The position numbers and the translations under genes were made by a program. From a virus, in the IMG/VR virus record IMGVR_UViG_3300034112_000721, positions 48,532 to 112,531 of that record: 64,000 nt of DNA; one strand, written 5' to 3'. Shown in pieces: positions 10,997-20,670 of this stretch (position 1 is the first letter of the stretch; every line of letters starts with the position of its first letter). Below the pieces are notes generated by a model. It searched no databases. It was not told the origin of the DNA and worked only from the letters and a program-made list of their open reading frames with translations.

Positions 10997-12676
10997 TTAA
11001 GGACAAACAATTGGTGTTGGTATATCTGTAGTACATGGATTAATATAAGCAATCAAACCATCAAGTTGAAAAATAAATCCTCCAAGATTTGTTTCATCAT
11101 TTGCGTTACAGCTAAACTGATATCTTAGATTTGCATTATATTCCATGTTAAGAGGAATGGTTCCCGCAGCAGCATTACTGTTTACATTAGTATTTATATT
11201 ATCAAACTTTGGAACATAATCTCCAAGACGAACATGTGAAATAATATAGTTTAAATGTGAAGTATCATAAGCAGCTGTTCCAGAAAAAATGTTTTGTTCT
11301 GCATTTTTAACTAATGCAAAGCTTAAAGTTTTATTACTTGAAATAGATAAGAATCCAACAGTTGTTAAAATTGTACTTGTATCAGGAGCATTGTCAATCT
11401 GAGTTCTTCTATATCCTGTAGAAAATTCTTTAGTATAATTATCATCTAATAATTCTGCAACTCCCATTACTGTAGATGGAATAACTACATTACCTTGATT
11501 AAATGTAATTAATCCAGAACCACTTGTAATAACAGACCCTGGTCCAACAGATGCAGGAGTAACAGTAGTTGATAAATAATAAGTATCAATTGGTGGAACA
11601 TTTTGATATTGCCATAACAATGGTGCACCTGTTCCATCATCAATAGGTATCATTACTTGACCTTTAAAATGCAATACATTACCAATTCTTCTTACTCTTG
11701 GTCTTAATGCATCTGTATCAGATCCAGTATAGAAACTAAAACCATCTAGGTCTACCCAACCTGTATCAAGAATCTTTGATGATACAGTATAAGCAGGTCC
11801 ACCAGTTACTGTTGTAGCTATTGTGTTTGTAGTAGCTCCTGTAACTGTTACTGTTGTACCATTGTATATATCACATAATACAATCCATAAATTATTAATC
11901 ACAGAAGCGATTGTACTTGCTGGTTGTATCCAAGTAGGATATTGTGCAGCATATGTAGCAGCAGGATTTACTTTTGTAAAATCTGTACCCGCAATACACT
12001 GAGCAGTTACTGCACTTAGTAAAGATGCAGTTGATCCAGTTGCAGCATAGAATCCACACCAAACATCATTTATAAACTCTTCTAGCACTACATCTATTCC
12101 ATATGAGTTTCCAGAAATAAGTGAATTAATAGGACAGTTTATTGTAAATGATGGTAATGTAAATACAGGTGCAGGAGTTGTTTCTAGTGTAGTTACTCTA
12201 ACATCTAGATCATTAATCTGTAAATTAATTGTGCTTATTTGTGTAATAAGATCACAAATTTTAGTACCCATTGCCTGGGCATATTCTGCAACAGACATTA
12301 CAGTTGTTGAACCTATAACAAAACATGGTGCTACAGTAACTAAAGTATCTGCTGTTGTTGTTCTTACAGTTGCGGATGGAGTTGCTACTGCAGTTGTTTG
12401 AGCAGTTTGCAGTGCACAAATCTTTTCAATTAAAAATTGAATTAATTCTTGAAAATTATTTGGTGCACAGCTTGAAAGATTAAAACAAGATAAATCATAT
12501 CCATTAACATCTAGTAGGTCTAATACATTACAAAGCTCAGTTGCAAGCTTATGAATTACATTAGATACAGTGTCTCCAGTACATAATTTTATACAAGGAA
12601 TATCTGGACCTTGCCATATCACACAGTTACTTGATATTGGACTACAAGGGCTATTATCTAAATTTAGAGGTTTCAT
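10997..12676 (-). CDS. Putative tail fibre/hub protein
   Basis: Cys-rich N-terminus, coiled coil, and DTGWVDL...RVRRIGNVLHFKG pattern typical of fibre/receptor-binding C-terminal domains. Confidence 0.6.
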   Translation of the reverse strand: MKPLNLDNSPCSPISSNCVIWQGPDIPCIKLCTGDTVSNVIHKLATELCNVLDLLDVNGYDLSCFNLSSCAPNNFQELIQFLIEKICALQTAQTTAVATPSATVRTTTADTLVTVAPCFVIGSTTVMSVAEYAQAMGTKICDLITQISTINLQINDLDVRVTTLETTPAPVFTLPSFTINCPINSLISGNSYGIDVVLEEFINDVWCGFYAATGSTASLLSAVTAQCIAGTDFTKVNPAATYAAQYPTWIQPASTIASVINNLWIVLCDIYNGTTVTVTGATTNTIATTVTGGPAYTVSSKILDTGWVDLDGFSFYTGSDTDALRPRVRRIGNVLHFKGQVMIPIDDGTGAPLLWQYQNVPPIDTYYLSTTVTPASVGPGSVITSGSGLITFNQGNVVIPSTVMGVAELLDDNYTKEFSTGYRRTQIDNAPDTSTILTTVGFLSISSNKTLSFALVKNAEQNIFSGTAAYDTSHLNYIISHVRLGDYVPKFDNINTNVNSNAAAGTIPLNMEYNANLRYQFSCNANDETNLGGFIFQLDGLIAYINPCTTDIPTPIVCP

Positions 12677-12695
12677 ATCTATAATATACTAATTA

Positions 12696-14561
12696 TTATT
12701 GAGAATTACAAGTGGTTGTTGGTGTCCCACAATTACATGGAGCATAACCACAAGATGGAGTACTTGGGCAACATGGATTAATAGAAGTACATATATAATT
12801 TGGATCTCTCAAAGCATCCAAATCTATAAGTTCTTTTTTAATTAACCATTTATCTGTATCTTCTGGACAACAGTCAGATATTCCATATCTTAAGTATAAT
12901 ACTTGTTTGTAATATACTTCTGCTGATTTGCAAGATATTTTCTCATATTTTTCAATGGTACATGCCGGTGTGTTATATCCTGGTTGAACACTTCTTCTTG
13001 GATAAATAACTGGTGGACAAGACCAAATATCTTGTTGTGTATCTTCTGTACAATCACCATAAGTTTCTATGTAGTCTGTTTCAGGATAATAAACATCCCA
13101 AACTCTCATACAGAATTTTTCAGACTGCGCTCCTGCAGCAAGTGTAAATGTTTGTACTATTAAATTACAATCAAAATAACTATATGTTTTAGATGTAGTA
13201 CTATCATTTCTTACAGTAGTACAAACACAAGGATATGTTAATAAACACTCAGTGCAGTTTGTATATTCTATTTCTGGAAATACTATACCGGCATTTGTAG
13301 GATCATTAGTTTGTTGTACAGTCCAACATGTTTCTGGACAATACTTTATTTTGATAACTGATCCTATATATTGACTTAGATCTGTATATGTTATAATTGG
13401 ATCTTTAAATCCTGTACAGTCAAAAAGCTTGTAATACTCTCTTGCACATGCAATGCAATCTGTGTAAGCTGCAGTAACTGTAACTATTGTATCAGAGGGT
13501 ATATCTTGTATCTCTTCTATATACCAACATCCTGGACAATCCCCTCTAAGAATTACTTGACCTACAAAAGGACTTAAGTCTGAACTTGTGTAAACTATTG
13601 TGTTTGGATCATCACAATTTGTGAGCTTATACTTACTTGGATTTTTACAAGTAGGACAATCATCATATGCTTGAACTACAACTACATCTATTGCACAATC
13701 ACAATTTGCAGTTGAATTAACTATCCAACATGTATCTGGATAATTTTCAATTTTTACTATTTGGCCAAGTATTGCATATAATCCTAGTGATAGTTTATTA
13801 GTAACAATAGGATCTTGAATACCATCACAGTCTACTAGTTCATAACACTCATCTGGGCAATTACCATTTACACATGGTCCTATATTCACAATATTAATTG
13901 GACTAGGAAATTCATTACCAATTACTGCAGGATATGTAGAGGAACATGATATTTGCTCAAGTGTTCCAGTAAGTGGTCCAGTATTTTGAACATTACCATC
14001 ACAGTCTATATATAAACAATCCTTAGAATTTGCAATTATATTATAACAATTACATGGACATTCACAGTCTTCTACATACGATAATGTTTCTGTTGTTGAA
14101 TTACAGAATAAACTTGCATTAGGTGATAAAGCTACCTGATAACATGTTGCTGGTAAATCTGTTCCTTGAAGTACTACTGACTGTCCAACATAGGCTGATA
14201 AATCTTGTGTGGTAGTAAATGGTGGTATTGAACCATCACATGAAACTAATAAATAACAAGGATCACATTCTGCACACTCTCCAAACAATACAGAACAATC
14301 TGTATATCCAGGACCAGTTGTTGACATCCAATTACTACCTATATTTGGATATGCAGATCCGTCTCCTACAACTTGAGTAAATAAATAACACTGGCCAGAT
14401 ATTAAACCATAGTAATCTCCATGAATTCCTGATGCATCATAGACTAGTTGCTGTGGAAAAGTAAAACCATAAATTGGTGAATTATTTGCAATTGGAGGTT
14501 GAAAATATAATATTTCACCTGTGCAACATGATTCAAGTCTATAATAGTAAGGAGCAGACAT
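12696..14561 (-). CDS. Very Cys-rich repeat protein, probably structural
   Basis: Several tandem ~65-aa repeats of Y.L.DC.G...PI.T..DLS.Y.GQ..K....P.TCW.V...Y.DC..C. Confidence 0.6.
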   Translation of the reverse strand: MSAPYYYRLESCCTGEILYFQPPIANNSPIYGFTFPQQLVYDASGIHGDYYGLISGQCYLFTQVVGDGSAYPNIGSNWMSTTGPGYTDCSVLFGECAECDPCYLLVSCDGSIPPFTTTQDLSAYVGQSVVLQGTDLPATCYQVALSPNASLFCNSTTETLSYVEDCECPCNCYNIIANSKDCLYIDCDGNVQNTGPLTGTLEQISCSSTYPAVIGNEFPSPINIVNIGPCVNGNCPDECYELVDCDGIQDPIVTNKLSLGLYAILGQIVKIENYPDTCWIVNSTANCDCAIDVVVVQAYDDCPTCKNPSKYKLTNCDDPNTIVYTSSDLSPFVGQVILRGDCPGCWYIEEIQDIPSDTIVTVTAAYTDCIACAREYYKLFDCTGFKDPIITYTDLSQYIGSVIKIKYCPETCWTVQQTNDPTNAGIVFPEIEYTNCTECLLTYPCVCTTVRNDSTTSKTYSYFDCNLIVQTFTLAAGAQSEKFCMRVWDVYYPETDYIETYGDCTEDTQQDIWSCPPVIYPRRSVQPGYNTPACTIEKYEKISCKSAEVYYKQVLYLRYGISDCCPEDTDKWLIKKELIDLDALRDPNYICTSINPCCPSTPSCGYAPCNCGTPTTTCNSQ

Positions 14562-14719
14562 TACTTAGTGTATTTTTGTAGATCTTGTTTATTTTTACCT
14601 AATTTAAGTTGTGCTTCATATTTTCCAATACAATTAGAACACACCTGTTGTCCGTTTGATGCTTTTCTTCTCTGACATCCACAAGACAATTTTGTTTTAC
14701 AATTTGCACATACTGACAT
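14561..14719 (-). CDS. Small Cys-rich (CxxC..CGC..CxxC) protein, 52 aa
   Basis: Hand translation MSVCANCKTKLSCGCQRRKASNGQQVCSNCIGKYEAQLKLGKNKQDLQKYTK; TAATG overlap with the next gene; AAAACCAAT leader. Confidence 0.7.
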   Translation of the reverse strand: MSVCANCKTKLSCGCQRRKASNGQQVCSNCIGKYEAQLKLGKNKQDLQKYTK

Positions 14720-14739
14720 ATTATTGGTTTTTAGTTAGT

Positions 14740-15300
14740 TTAACAATTTGTACAAGACAATTTATTTAAAAGCTTTAAAGCATAGTTGTATAAAGCCATT
14801 CCTTTCTGTGGCTCATGACAAAACTCTACTTTAGATTTTGCAGCTTGAAGATACATAAATATTAATCTAAGCTCCTCTAGCTTCTGTTGTATTTTAAATG
14901 GTGGTTCACATGCTGCTACATCAACATCACAAAGTATTTTGTAATATTTATTTAGGGCATGTGTTACCCTTAAATGATTATATTCTACATAAACTGTTTC
15001 ATTAGGTGAAACACTATATTTTATAATATAAATACCATCTGGTAAATTATAATATGAAGTTCCACAGTCTACAGTTTGTAGTTGTAAATCACAAGCAGTT
15101 ATGGTAGCAGATCCTGTAGTATAAAAATTTGTAGCATCTATTTGATTAGAATATCCAAATCCTGGAACAGTAATGTTCAAGGTAGGACATACTACAGGTA
15201 TTGCAGGATTTGCTGTTTGATACACACTTGTGTCAAGTAATTTAAGAACACATTCATTCATTACTTGAGGCACCTCTAAACTTAATACATGATTTGCCAT
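14740..15300 (-). CDS. Conserved crAss-like virion protein (head-tail region)
   Basis: LPDGIYIIKYSVSPN motif; directly downstream of the auxiliary capsid gene. Confidence 0.55.
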   Translation of the reverse strand: MANHVLSLEVPQVMNECVLKLLDTSVYQTANPAIPVVCPTLNITVPGFGYSNQIDATNFYTTGSATITACDLQLQTVDCGTSYYNLPDGIYIIKYSVSPNETVYVEYNHLRVTHALNKYYKILCDVDVAACEPPFKIQQKLEELRLIFMYLQAAKSKVEFCHEPQKGMALYNYALKLLNKLSCTNC

Positions 15301-15313
15301 AACTATGTTTTAT

Positions 15314-15348
15314 AAAAAAGGGAGAGGAGTATAAACTCTCTCTCCCCT
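15314..15348 (-). terminator. Intrinsic terminator after the 15373 ORF
   Basis: AAGGGAGAG...CTCTCCCTT-like inverted repeat plus T-run on the minus strand. Confidence 0.7.
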
Positions 15349-15372
15349 TATATATTTATTAACGTTTAACTA

Positions 15373-17016
15373 TTAGATTCCACACTGAGCTGGAAGAGCT
15401 GGAAACTCAATAGCTGAGCATGTAGACTCACAACTAAATGTTTCAATCTCACAAACTCCACAGTTATTTAACCAATCAGTAGTAGCAGTAACAAATGCAG
15501 CACCACTTGCAGGAGAAGTAAAGATAACTTCTAACAAGTATTGGTCATTGTCAAATGTACCGGTAGGATTGTTAAATCTTGGAACACTGTGTTGCAAGTA
15601 AGTTTTGTAATAAAGTGCTTGTCTGTTGATAGCATTTACTATTTGGTTACCTTGTGTAATCTCTCTGATACGGAAATCTGAAGAGAAGAAGTTTTGTCTG
15701 TAAGACTCAGAAAGAATCACATCTCTAAGAACTGTTTCTCCAAGACCCATAGCTTGGCTACCAAGACACTCATTAACTACACAAAGACCTTCAAACTGAC
15801 AAGGATCTCCATTAAGATCTACTTCACTTGGATACAAGTTAATTGGTTGTTTCTCATAGAAGTCAGAAATTTGGAAAGTACAATCTCCAAATCTTGTATC
15901 TACATAAGCACCATTAAGAATTAAACCTGCACATGCACCAGCAGTATGTCCTGGAGATACATAGTTATTCCAAGTATCAGCACCAACTGAAGCTAAGAAA
16001 GCTGCATCTGTTCCTGGAGCATACCAGATAACACCTGCCTCATCCTGAATAGCAATTTGGAAGAATGGAGATACAATTGGAGAGTTTAATAGATCATTAG
16101 CCCAAAGGATCATAACTTCAGTAGAATCTACTGCAGTTGGAGCAATAGCTCCTGCTGGACAGCATCCTGTATAAGCAGATGCAGTATAGTATGCATTGTG
16201 ATCTAAGAATCTTAGAGCAGGAGAACCTTTAACATCTAAACGAAGATAGTAAGTCTCACCACATAAGAATTCTTTACAACAGTTAGTTCCAGAAATAACT
16301 GGAGCAATTGCAGTTGTAACAGTTAATACATCAATAGTAGCATCATTGTTACCTGCATCAATAGTTAATGTATCACCAATTGTATATCCTTTACCAGGAG
16401 AAAGAAGTGCAACAGCAGTTACTACACCAAGACCATTTGCATTAAATTCTACAATTGCACCTGTACCTGTACCACCAGTTACACCAGCAGTAGAAGTACC
16501 AGCTGGATATCCAGTACCACCAACTAATGATCCTGCATCAAGAGTAAGAACACCACCACCTGCACTAGCATAAGTAGAACCAACGTGTACTACATTGTTA
16601 GTAGGAGTACAAGGCTCTACATCATAAAATCTAGATACATACTTAGGGTTAACAACTTTAGACTTATTAGTCTCTTGATAACCACCAATGAATGGACTAA
16701 CTTTATCTTTACAATAGATAGTAGATCCTGCAAGATAAAGAGGACAACATTCAGTTGCTGTACTAGGAACAACAGAAAGATTAGTTTTAGTATCAAACCA
16801 ACCAACATAGTTATTCTCAAGACTACCAAATGAAGAAGTTGCTGCAACTGCCAACTGATTTAATGCATAAGTTGGGCGACTTGCAGTTGATAAAAATCCA
16901 CCAGTAGCAGATGCATTACCTAATGCACCTCCACTTGGATTAGTGATAGCTACAGGACCAATTGTGGCTCCTGTTGCCAAAAACGTTTTTCTAAACGCGT
17001 GATTAAAATAAGCCAT
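15373..17016 (-). CDS. Auxiliary capsid / abundant structural protein
   Basis: 547 aa with its own promoter and terminator; carries an inserted GGTGY...G.GA...PGKGY.IGD.LTI beta-domain; position in the crAss capsid module. Confidence 0.6.
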   Translation of the reverse strand: MAYFNHAFRKTFLATGATIGPVAITNPSGGALGNASATGGFLSTASRPTYALNQLAVAATSSFGSLENNYVGWFDTKTNLSVVPSTATECCPLYLAGSTIYCKDKVSPFIGGYQETNKSKVVNPKYVSRFYDVEPCTPTNNVVHVGSTYASAGGGVLTLDAGSLVGGTGYPAGTSTAGVTGGTGTGAIVEFNANGLGVVTAVALLSPGKGYTIGDTLTIDAGNNDATIDVLTVTTAIAPVISGTNCCKEFLCGETYYLRLDVKGSPALRFLDHNAYYTASAYTGCCPAGAIAPTAVDSTEVMILWANDLLNSPIVSPFFQIAIQDEAGVIWYAPGTDAAFLASVGADTWNNYVSPGHTAGACAGLILNGAYVDTRFGDCTFQISDFYEKQPINLYPSEVDLNGDPCQFEGLCVVNECLGSQAMGLGETVLRDVILSESYRQNFFSSDFRIREITQGNQIVNAINRQALYYKTYLQHSVPRFNNPTGTFDNDQYLLEVIFTSPASGAAFVTATTDWLNNCGVCEIETFSCESTCSAIEFPALPAQCGI

Positions 17017-17094
17017 TTTTTTTATAATTTAATTAAACAAAGAATATACTATAATATAGTAAAAAATTTTATAATAACAAAAAAAGCTAGAAAA

Positions 17095-17724
17095 TTATCC
17101 AGCTACTTCTGCCATATCATTATCTAATAGTCTTAAAGCTAATGGATCTGTACCAAATGTTCTTAGTTTATCCATCCAAGTTTGCATCTTATCATGCTCT
17201 TCAACTTGTTCTTTTAAGTATCCTAAACATAATTCATAAAGAATATGATCCTTATTTGACATTGCAAAATCTGCCATTTTTTTAATTTGAGTAGATACTT
17301 CTATCTCATGCTCATAAGATAACCTTACAATTTCTGGAAGACTTCCTGAAAAATCTTGTTGTGGTTGATCTAATCTTGGAGTTAATGGTTGTACTCCAAA
17401 TGATAATAAATACTTACGTGCAATATCAGCATGAGTTAATTCTTCATCTGAATACTTTCTCCATAGAGCAGCAGCACCTTTGAATCCTTTTTCATCTAAC
17501 CACATTGTCATTGACATATAAATTCTAGAAGAATACTCTTCTTGTTGAATTCTATAATTTAAATAGTCAACAGCATTATCTGTAATTAATGGGTTCATAG
17601 TAGCTACATCTGGAACTTCTTTTGATGCACCAGAACTTGGTTTATCAATACTAGGAATTCCTGTAGATGGCGGAAGTTTTACTACACTTGTATCTAATCT
17701 TTTTAATAATCTTTTCTGTTCCAT
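17095..17724 (-). CDS. Non-haem ferritin (FtnA-like) with N-terminal extension
   Basis: LN.RI..E.YSS..Y..M..W, EE..HA, HE..VS..I and EQVEE match the ferroxidase-centre pattern. Confidence 0.85.
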   Translation of the reverse strand: MEQKRLLKRLDTSVVKLPPSTGIPSIDKPSSGASKEVPDVATMNPLITDNAVDYLNYRIQQEEYSSRIYMSMTMWLDEKGFKGAAALWRKYSDEELTHADIARKYLLSFGVQPLTPRLDQPQQDFSGSLPEIVRLSYEHEIEVSTQIKKMADFAMSNKDHILYELCLGYLKEQVEEHDKMQTWMDKLRTFGTDPLALRLLDNDMAEVAG

Positions 17725-17730
17725 TTTATA

Positions 17731-18432
17731 TTAGTTGTTTCTTTCAGCAGTTTCTGTACCTCTAGAGAATTGGTTTCCAGATTCAATATCTCCAGCTATA
17801 ATACTAACTGCCTCATCTATTATTACTTCTATTATATCATCTTTAAATTCACACTCTACATTTGCAGTAGACTGAACCCCTGTATATGGATCTACACAAC
17901 CATCAATTTGTATCTTTCTAGGTTGTCTATAGTATGTAAGATCTACTTCAGAGATATTAAAGTCATTATTTGTGTAGACATTAATTCTGTCATCTATAAG
18001 TGTAGCAAATGTTTCCGCCCATTCAAAACTTGGTTGTTTTAATTTATCTCTTAAAAGTACAGATACATTACCTTCTTCTGCAAGATATACTACCATCCTT
18101 CTTTTATCACAGCAATCCTTTTGTGCATATACATCTACTCTTTTCCATTGTAAATAATCTTGAGGAATGCTTAAGAATGAATAGTCTCCTTTATCAGTTA
18201 ATCCACCAATAGTAGTTTTATAAAGAAGAACTTGTAAGTCATCCTTTCTCCGGGTAGATTGCTCATCACCTTCTTTAACAATATTAATACCGTGCAACTG
18301 CCTTCTAGACCATTCTACTTGGGCTTTATTAAATGCCTCTACTACCTGCCAACATTCTATGTTGTCGTAGTCTTGGCTATCTAATTTATTTAGCCTTTGC
18401 TTAATCTTTACAGTTATAGTACTATTTAACAT
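17731..18432 (-). CDS. Ring / head-tail adaptor protein
   Basis: FNKAQ.EW, IPQDYL, Y.R.P..I and II..AV.II pattern of crAss-like ring proteins. Confidence 0.6.
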   Translation of the reverse strand: MLNSTITVKIKQRLNKLDSQDYDNIECWQVVEAFNKAQVEWSRRQLHGINIVKEGDEQSTRRKDDLQVLLYKTTIGGLTDKGDYSFLSIPQDYLQWKRVDVYAQKDCCDKRRMVVYLAEEGNVSVLLRDKLKQPSFEWAETFATLIDDRINVYTNNDFNISEVDLTYYRQPRKIQIDGCVDPYTGVQSTANVECEFKDDIIEVIIDEAVSIIAGDIESGNQFSRGTETAERNN

Positions 18433-18434
18433 TA

Positions 18435-18929
18435 CTATCTATTTTTAGCAATTTTCTTTAAAGTCTTTGCAAGAGCTTTTCTCTTAGGAGTACAAGTAGG
18501 TTTAGTCATTGGAGTACAATATCCTTTGTGCGCAGGATTAATTGCCTTTTGAATCCACTTCTTATCAGTTGACCCACCTTTTTTAGCTTTAAACATTGGT
18601 TTATCTTCAACAGGTGCTGGGGGCGTAGAAGTTTTTGGAACTCCTCTTAAAACTCCTTTTAAAGTTCTTGTTTCCTTAGCTCTTTCAGGCTCACCATAAT
18701 TTTTTTTAACTACTGTTTTATAGTTACCATCTGGAGAATAAAACTTCATCTTTGCTTCTTTTGGTGCTTTATCACTTAAAGCTCCTCCATTATCAAATTT
18801 AGTTCTTGCAGGTTCTCTTTTACCTATAGGAGTATAGCCTTGATCTTTAGCAGATCTAATCTTACCAGGATATCCTCTCTGTACTTTTACAGATGCTCCA
18901 AACTTTGCAGTAGTCTTTTTAGTTGCCAT
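18435..18929 (-). CDS. Small Lys-rich protein (KKWIQKAI...ALAKTLKK motif)
   Basis: ORF track; very basic; contains FDNGG and AKKGG. Confidence 0.7.
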   Translation of the reverse strand: MATKKTTAKFGASVKVQRGYPGKIRSAKDQGYTPIGKREPARTKFDNGGALSDKAPKEAKMKFYSPDGNYKTVVKKNYGEPERAKETRTLKGVLRGVPKTSTPPAPVEDKPMFKAKKGGSTDKKWIQKAINPAHKGYCTPMTKPTCTPKRKALAKTLKKIAKNR

Positions 18930-18933
18930 GACT

Positions 18934-18972
18934 TTACTTTTTTACTTTACCTTTATTTCTACAGCTACACAT
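18934..18972 (-). CDS. Possible 12-aa basic micropeptide MCSCRNKGKVKK
   Basis: ATG-TAA ORF that fills the gap between two operon genes; composition matches its neighbours. Confidence 0.4.
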   Translation of the reverse strand: MCSCRNKGKVKK

Positions 18973-18974
18973 GA

Positions 18975-19313
18975 TTATTTCTTTTTAGAGCCACCTTTTT
19001 TCATGTAACCCATTTTATTTCTAACAGCTGTTGGTAATTTAGACAATCCAACTTTTCCTGCAGGAACTGGTTTAAGTGATCCACCAGTAGCCATTTTTTT
19101 AACAGCACCACCTTTCTTCATAGTAGGGTTAGTTCCCATTTGATTCTTAGAAATATCTGTGTTACCATTAGTAGGGCGCATTGGTAGGCCATTTAATGGA
19201 ATACCGTAGTTATAATCTGTAGCTCCACCTTTAGCCATCTTTTTTACTTTCTTAACAGGACCACCAGCTTTCATTTTGCCGCAACCCATTTTACAAGTTT
19301 TCATAGTTTTCAT
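18975..19313 (-). CDS. Small Lys-rich protein with five MxxGG motifs
   Basis: MKAGG, MAKGG, MKKGG, MATGG, MKKGG. Confidence 0.7.
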   Translation of the reverse strand: MKTMKTCKMGCGKMKAGGPVKKVKKMAKGGATDYNYGIPLNGLPMRPTNGNTDISKNQMGTNPTMKKGGAVKKMATGGSLKPVPAGKVGLSKLPTAVRNKMGYMKKGGSKKK

Positions 19314-19331
19314 AGTAATATATATAATAAG

Positions 19332-19721
19332 TTAACAATTCCACTTTCTTAAAGACTTGTTGATTCTAGAGTTAGGATCATTAGCAGTCTTTGAGCTTGT
19401 TAGTTTTTTCTTCATACCAGACATTCTAGCACAAAAGCTTTTTCTTCTATTGGCATCTTTACTTCCAGCTTTTAGTTTAGAAGGTTTAGTAGTTACTGCT
19501 GTCTGAAGTTTACTTCCTGGATTTTCTCTTCTATAAGAAGCAACTCCTTTAGCATTAAGACCTCCTTCTGGATTCTTACCTTCTTTTCTTTGCCATGCTG
19601 GAGTAGAGCCACCTTTCTTCATTTTATGATCTGAGTCTCTCATTATAGAGCCATCAGGCATTACATGATAACCTTTTGGTATATTAAGAGCAGCTTTCAT
19701 TAATTTTGAATTCCTTGCCAT
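19332..19721 (-). CDS. Small basic protein, DUF6321-like
   Basis: PAWQRKEGKNPEGGLNAKG.ASY...RRKSFCARM.G...SLRKWNC pattern recalled from this phage family; preceded by an H.MPDG..M motif. Confidence 0.7.
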   Translation of the reverse strand: MARNSKLMKAALNIPKGYHVMPDGSIMRDSDHKMKKGGSTPAWQRKEGKNPEGGLNAKGVASYRRENPGSKLQTAVTTKPSKLKAGSKDANRRKSFCARMSGMKKKLTSSKTANDPNSRINKSLRKWNC

Positions 19722-19723
19722 GA

Positions 19724-19894
19724 CTATTTTTTTACACAGTTATTATATGTTTTACCATACATCTTTTTAGTACCTTTCTTTTCATAACCTGGCCAACAAC
19801 TCTTTGCACTTCCACCAGCTTTCATCTTAGGCTTCTTACCAGCTATCTTCATTGAGATAGCTATTGCTGCTTGTTGTGCCCTACTTTTTGCCAT
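19724..19894 (-). CDS. Small basic protein, 56 aa (CWPGY...NCVK motif)
   Basis: Hand translation MAKSRAQQAAIAISMKIAGKKPKMKAGGSAKSCWPGYEKKGTKKMYGKTYNNCVKK; fills the operon gap. Confidence 0.75.
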   Translation of the reverse strand: MAKSRAQQAAIAISMKIAGKKPKMKAGGSAKSCWPGYEKKGTKKMYGKTYNNCVKK

Positions 19895-20153
19895 TACTTT
19901 TTCCTTTACCTTTATACTTATAATCAGGGTTATCTCTATGCCATTTCTTTGTAGCAGCTACACCCTGCGCAACTGTTTTGGCTCTACCTATTTTAGTAAG
20001 ATCAATTGTGTCCCATTGACCTTTATCTTTAGTAGGATGGTTGACCATAATATGACCAACCTTTCCTTCTCCTTTTTTTGTAGTCTTCTTATATACTACA
20101 TGTTTTTCACCACCGGCAGTAACTTTTACTTTCTTAGTTTTTGCCTTTGCCAT
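19881..20153 (-). CDS. Small Lys-rich protein
   Basis: ORF track; tight operon packing. Confidence 0.7.
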   Translation of the reverse strand: MAKAKTKKVKVTAGGEKHVVYKKTTKKGEGKVGHIMVNHPTKDKGQWDTIDLTKIGRAKTVAQGVAATKKWHRDNPDYKYKGKGKSNGKK

Positions 20154-20155
20154 TA

Positions 20156-20401
20156 TTAAATCTTTTTACCAGAAGCAATACTGTTAAATTCTTTTGCTTT
20201 CTCAGCTGCCATCTTTTTTACATCTGCCATTAACTTTGCATTCTTTTGTATTTCAGAAGCTCTTTGTAATGTAGACATAGCAGATTCAACTTCCCATTTT
20301 CTCATTTCTGCTTTGTTACCACCAAAAATAGAAATACCAACTGAAGAATTTGCTTTCTTAGCTGGTGTGGATTTTTTAGTTGTTGTTCTTTTAATTGCCA
20401 T
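20156..20401 (-). CDS. Small basic protein
   Basis: ORF track; tight operon packing. Confidence 0.7.
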   Translation of the reverse strand: MAIKRTTTKKSTPAKKANSSVGISIFGGNKAEMRKWEVESAMSTLQRASEIQKNAKLMADVKKMAAEKAKEFNSIASGKKI

Positions 20402-20403
20402 AA

Positions 20404-20670
20404 CTATCTAAATCTTGCTGCCTTTTGGGCTATGCCCTTGGGCTGTTTAACAAATTGTTTTCCTTTACTATTACCTTTAGCCTTTGCTTTATTTGTTGCA
20501 GCTTTCTCTCCTGCTGATAAAGAACCCCAAGCAGCTTCAGGTAAATATCTTTTTTTACCTTTTGACTTTACCTCTTTAGAAGAACCTTTCTTCTTATTTG
20601 CATAAGTTCCAGATGTCATCCATTTTTGTGCTGACCAATCTCTTAAACTTTGCTGAGGATCTTTAGCCAT
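20404..20670 (-). CDS. Small basic protein resembling the C-terminal half of DUF5872
   Basis: QQSL..W..QKW, RYLP.AAW and GKQFVKQP motifs. Confidence 0.65.
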   Translation of the reverse strand: MAKDPQQSLRDWSAQKWMTSGTYANKKKGSSKEVKSKGKKRYLPEAAWGSLSAGEKAATNKAKAKGNSKGKQFVKQPKGIAQKAARFR

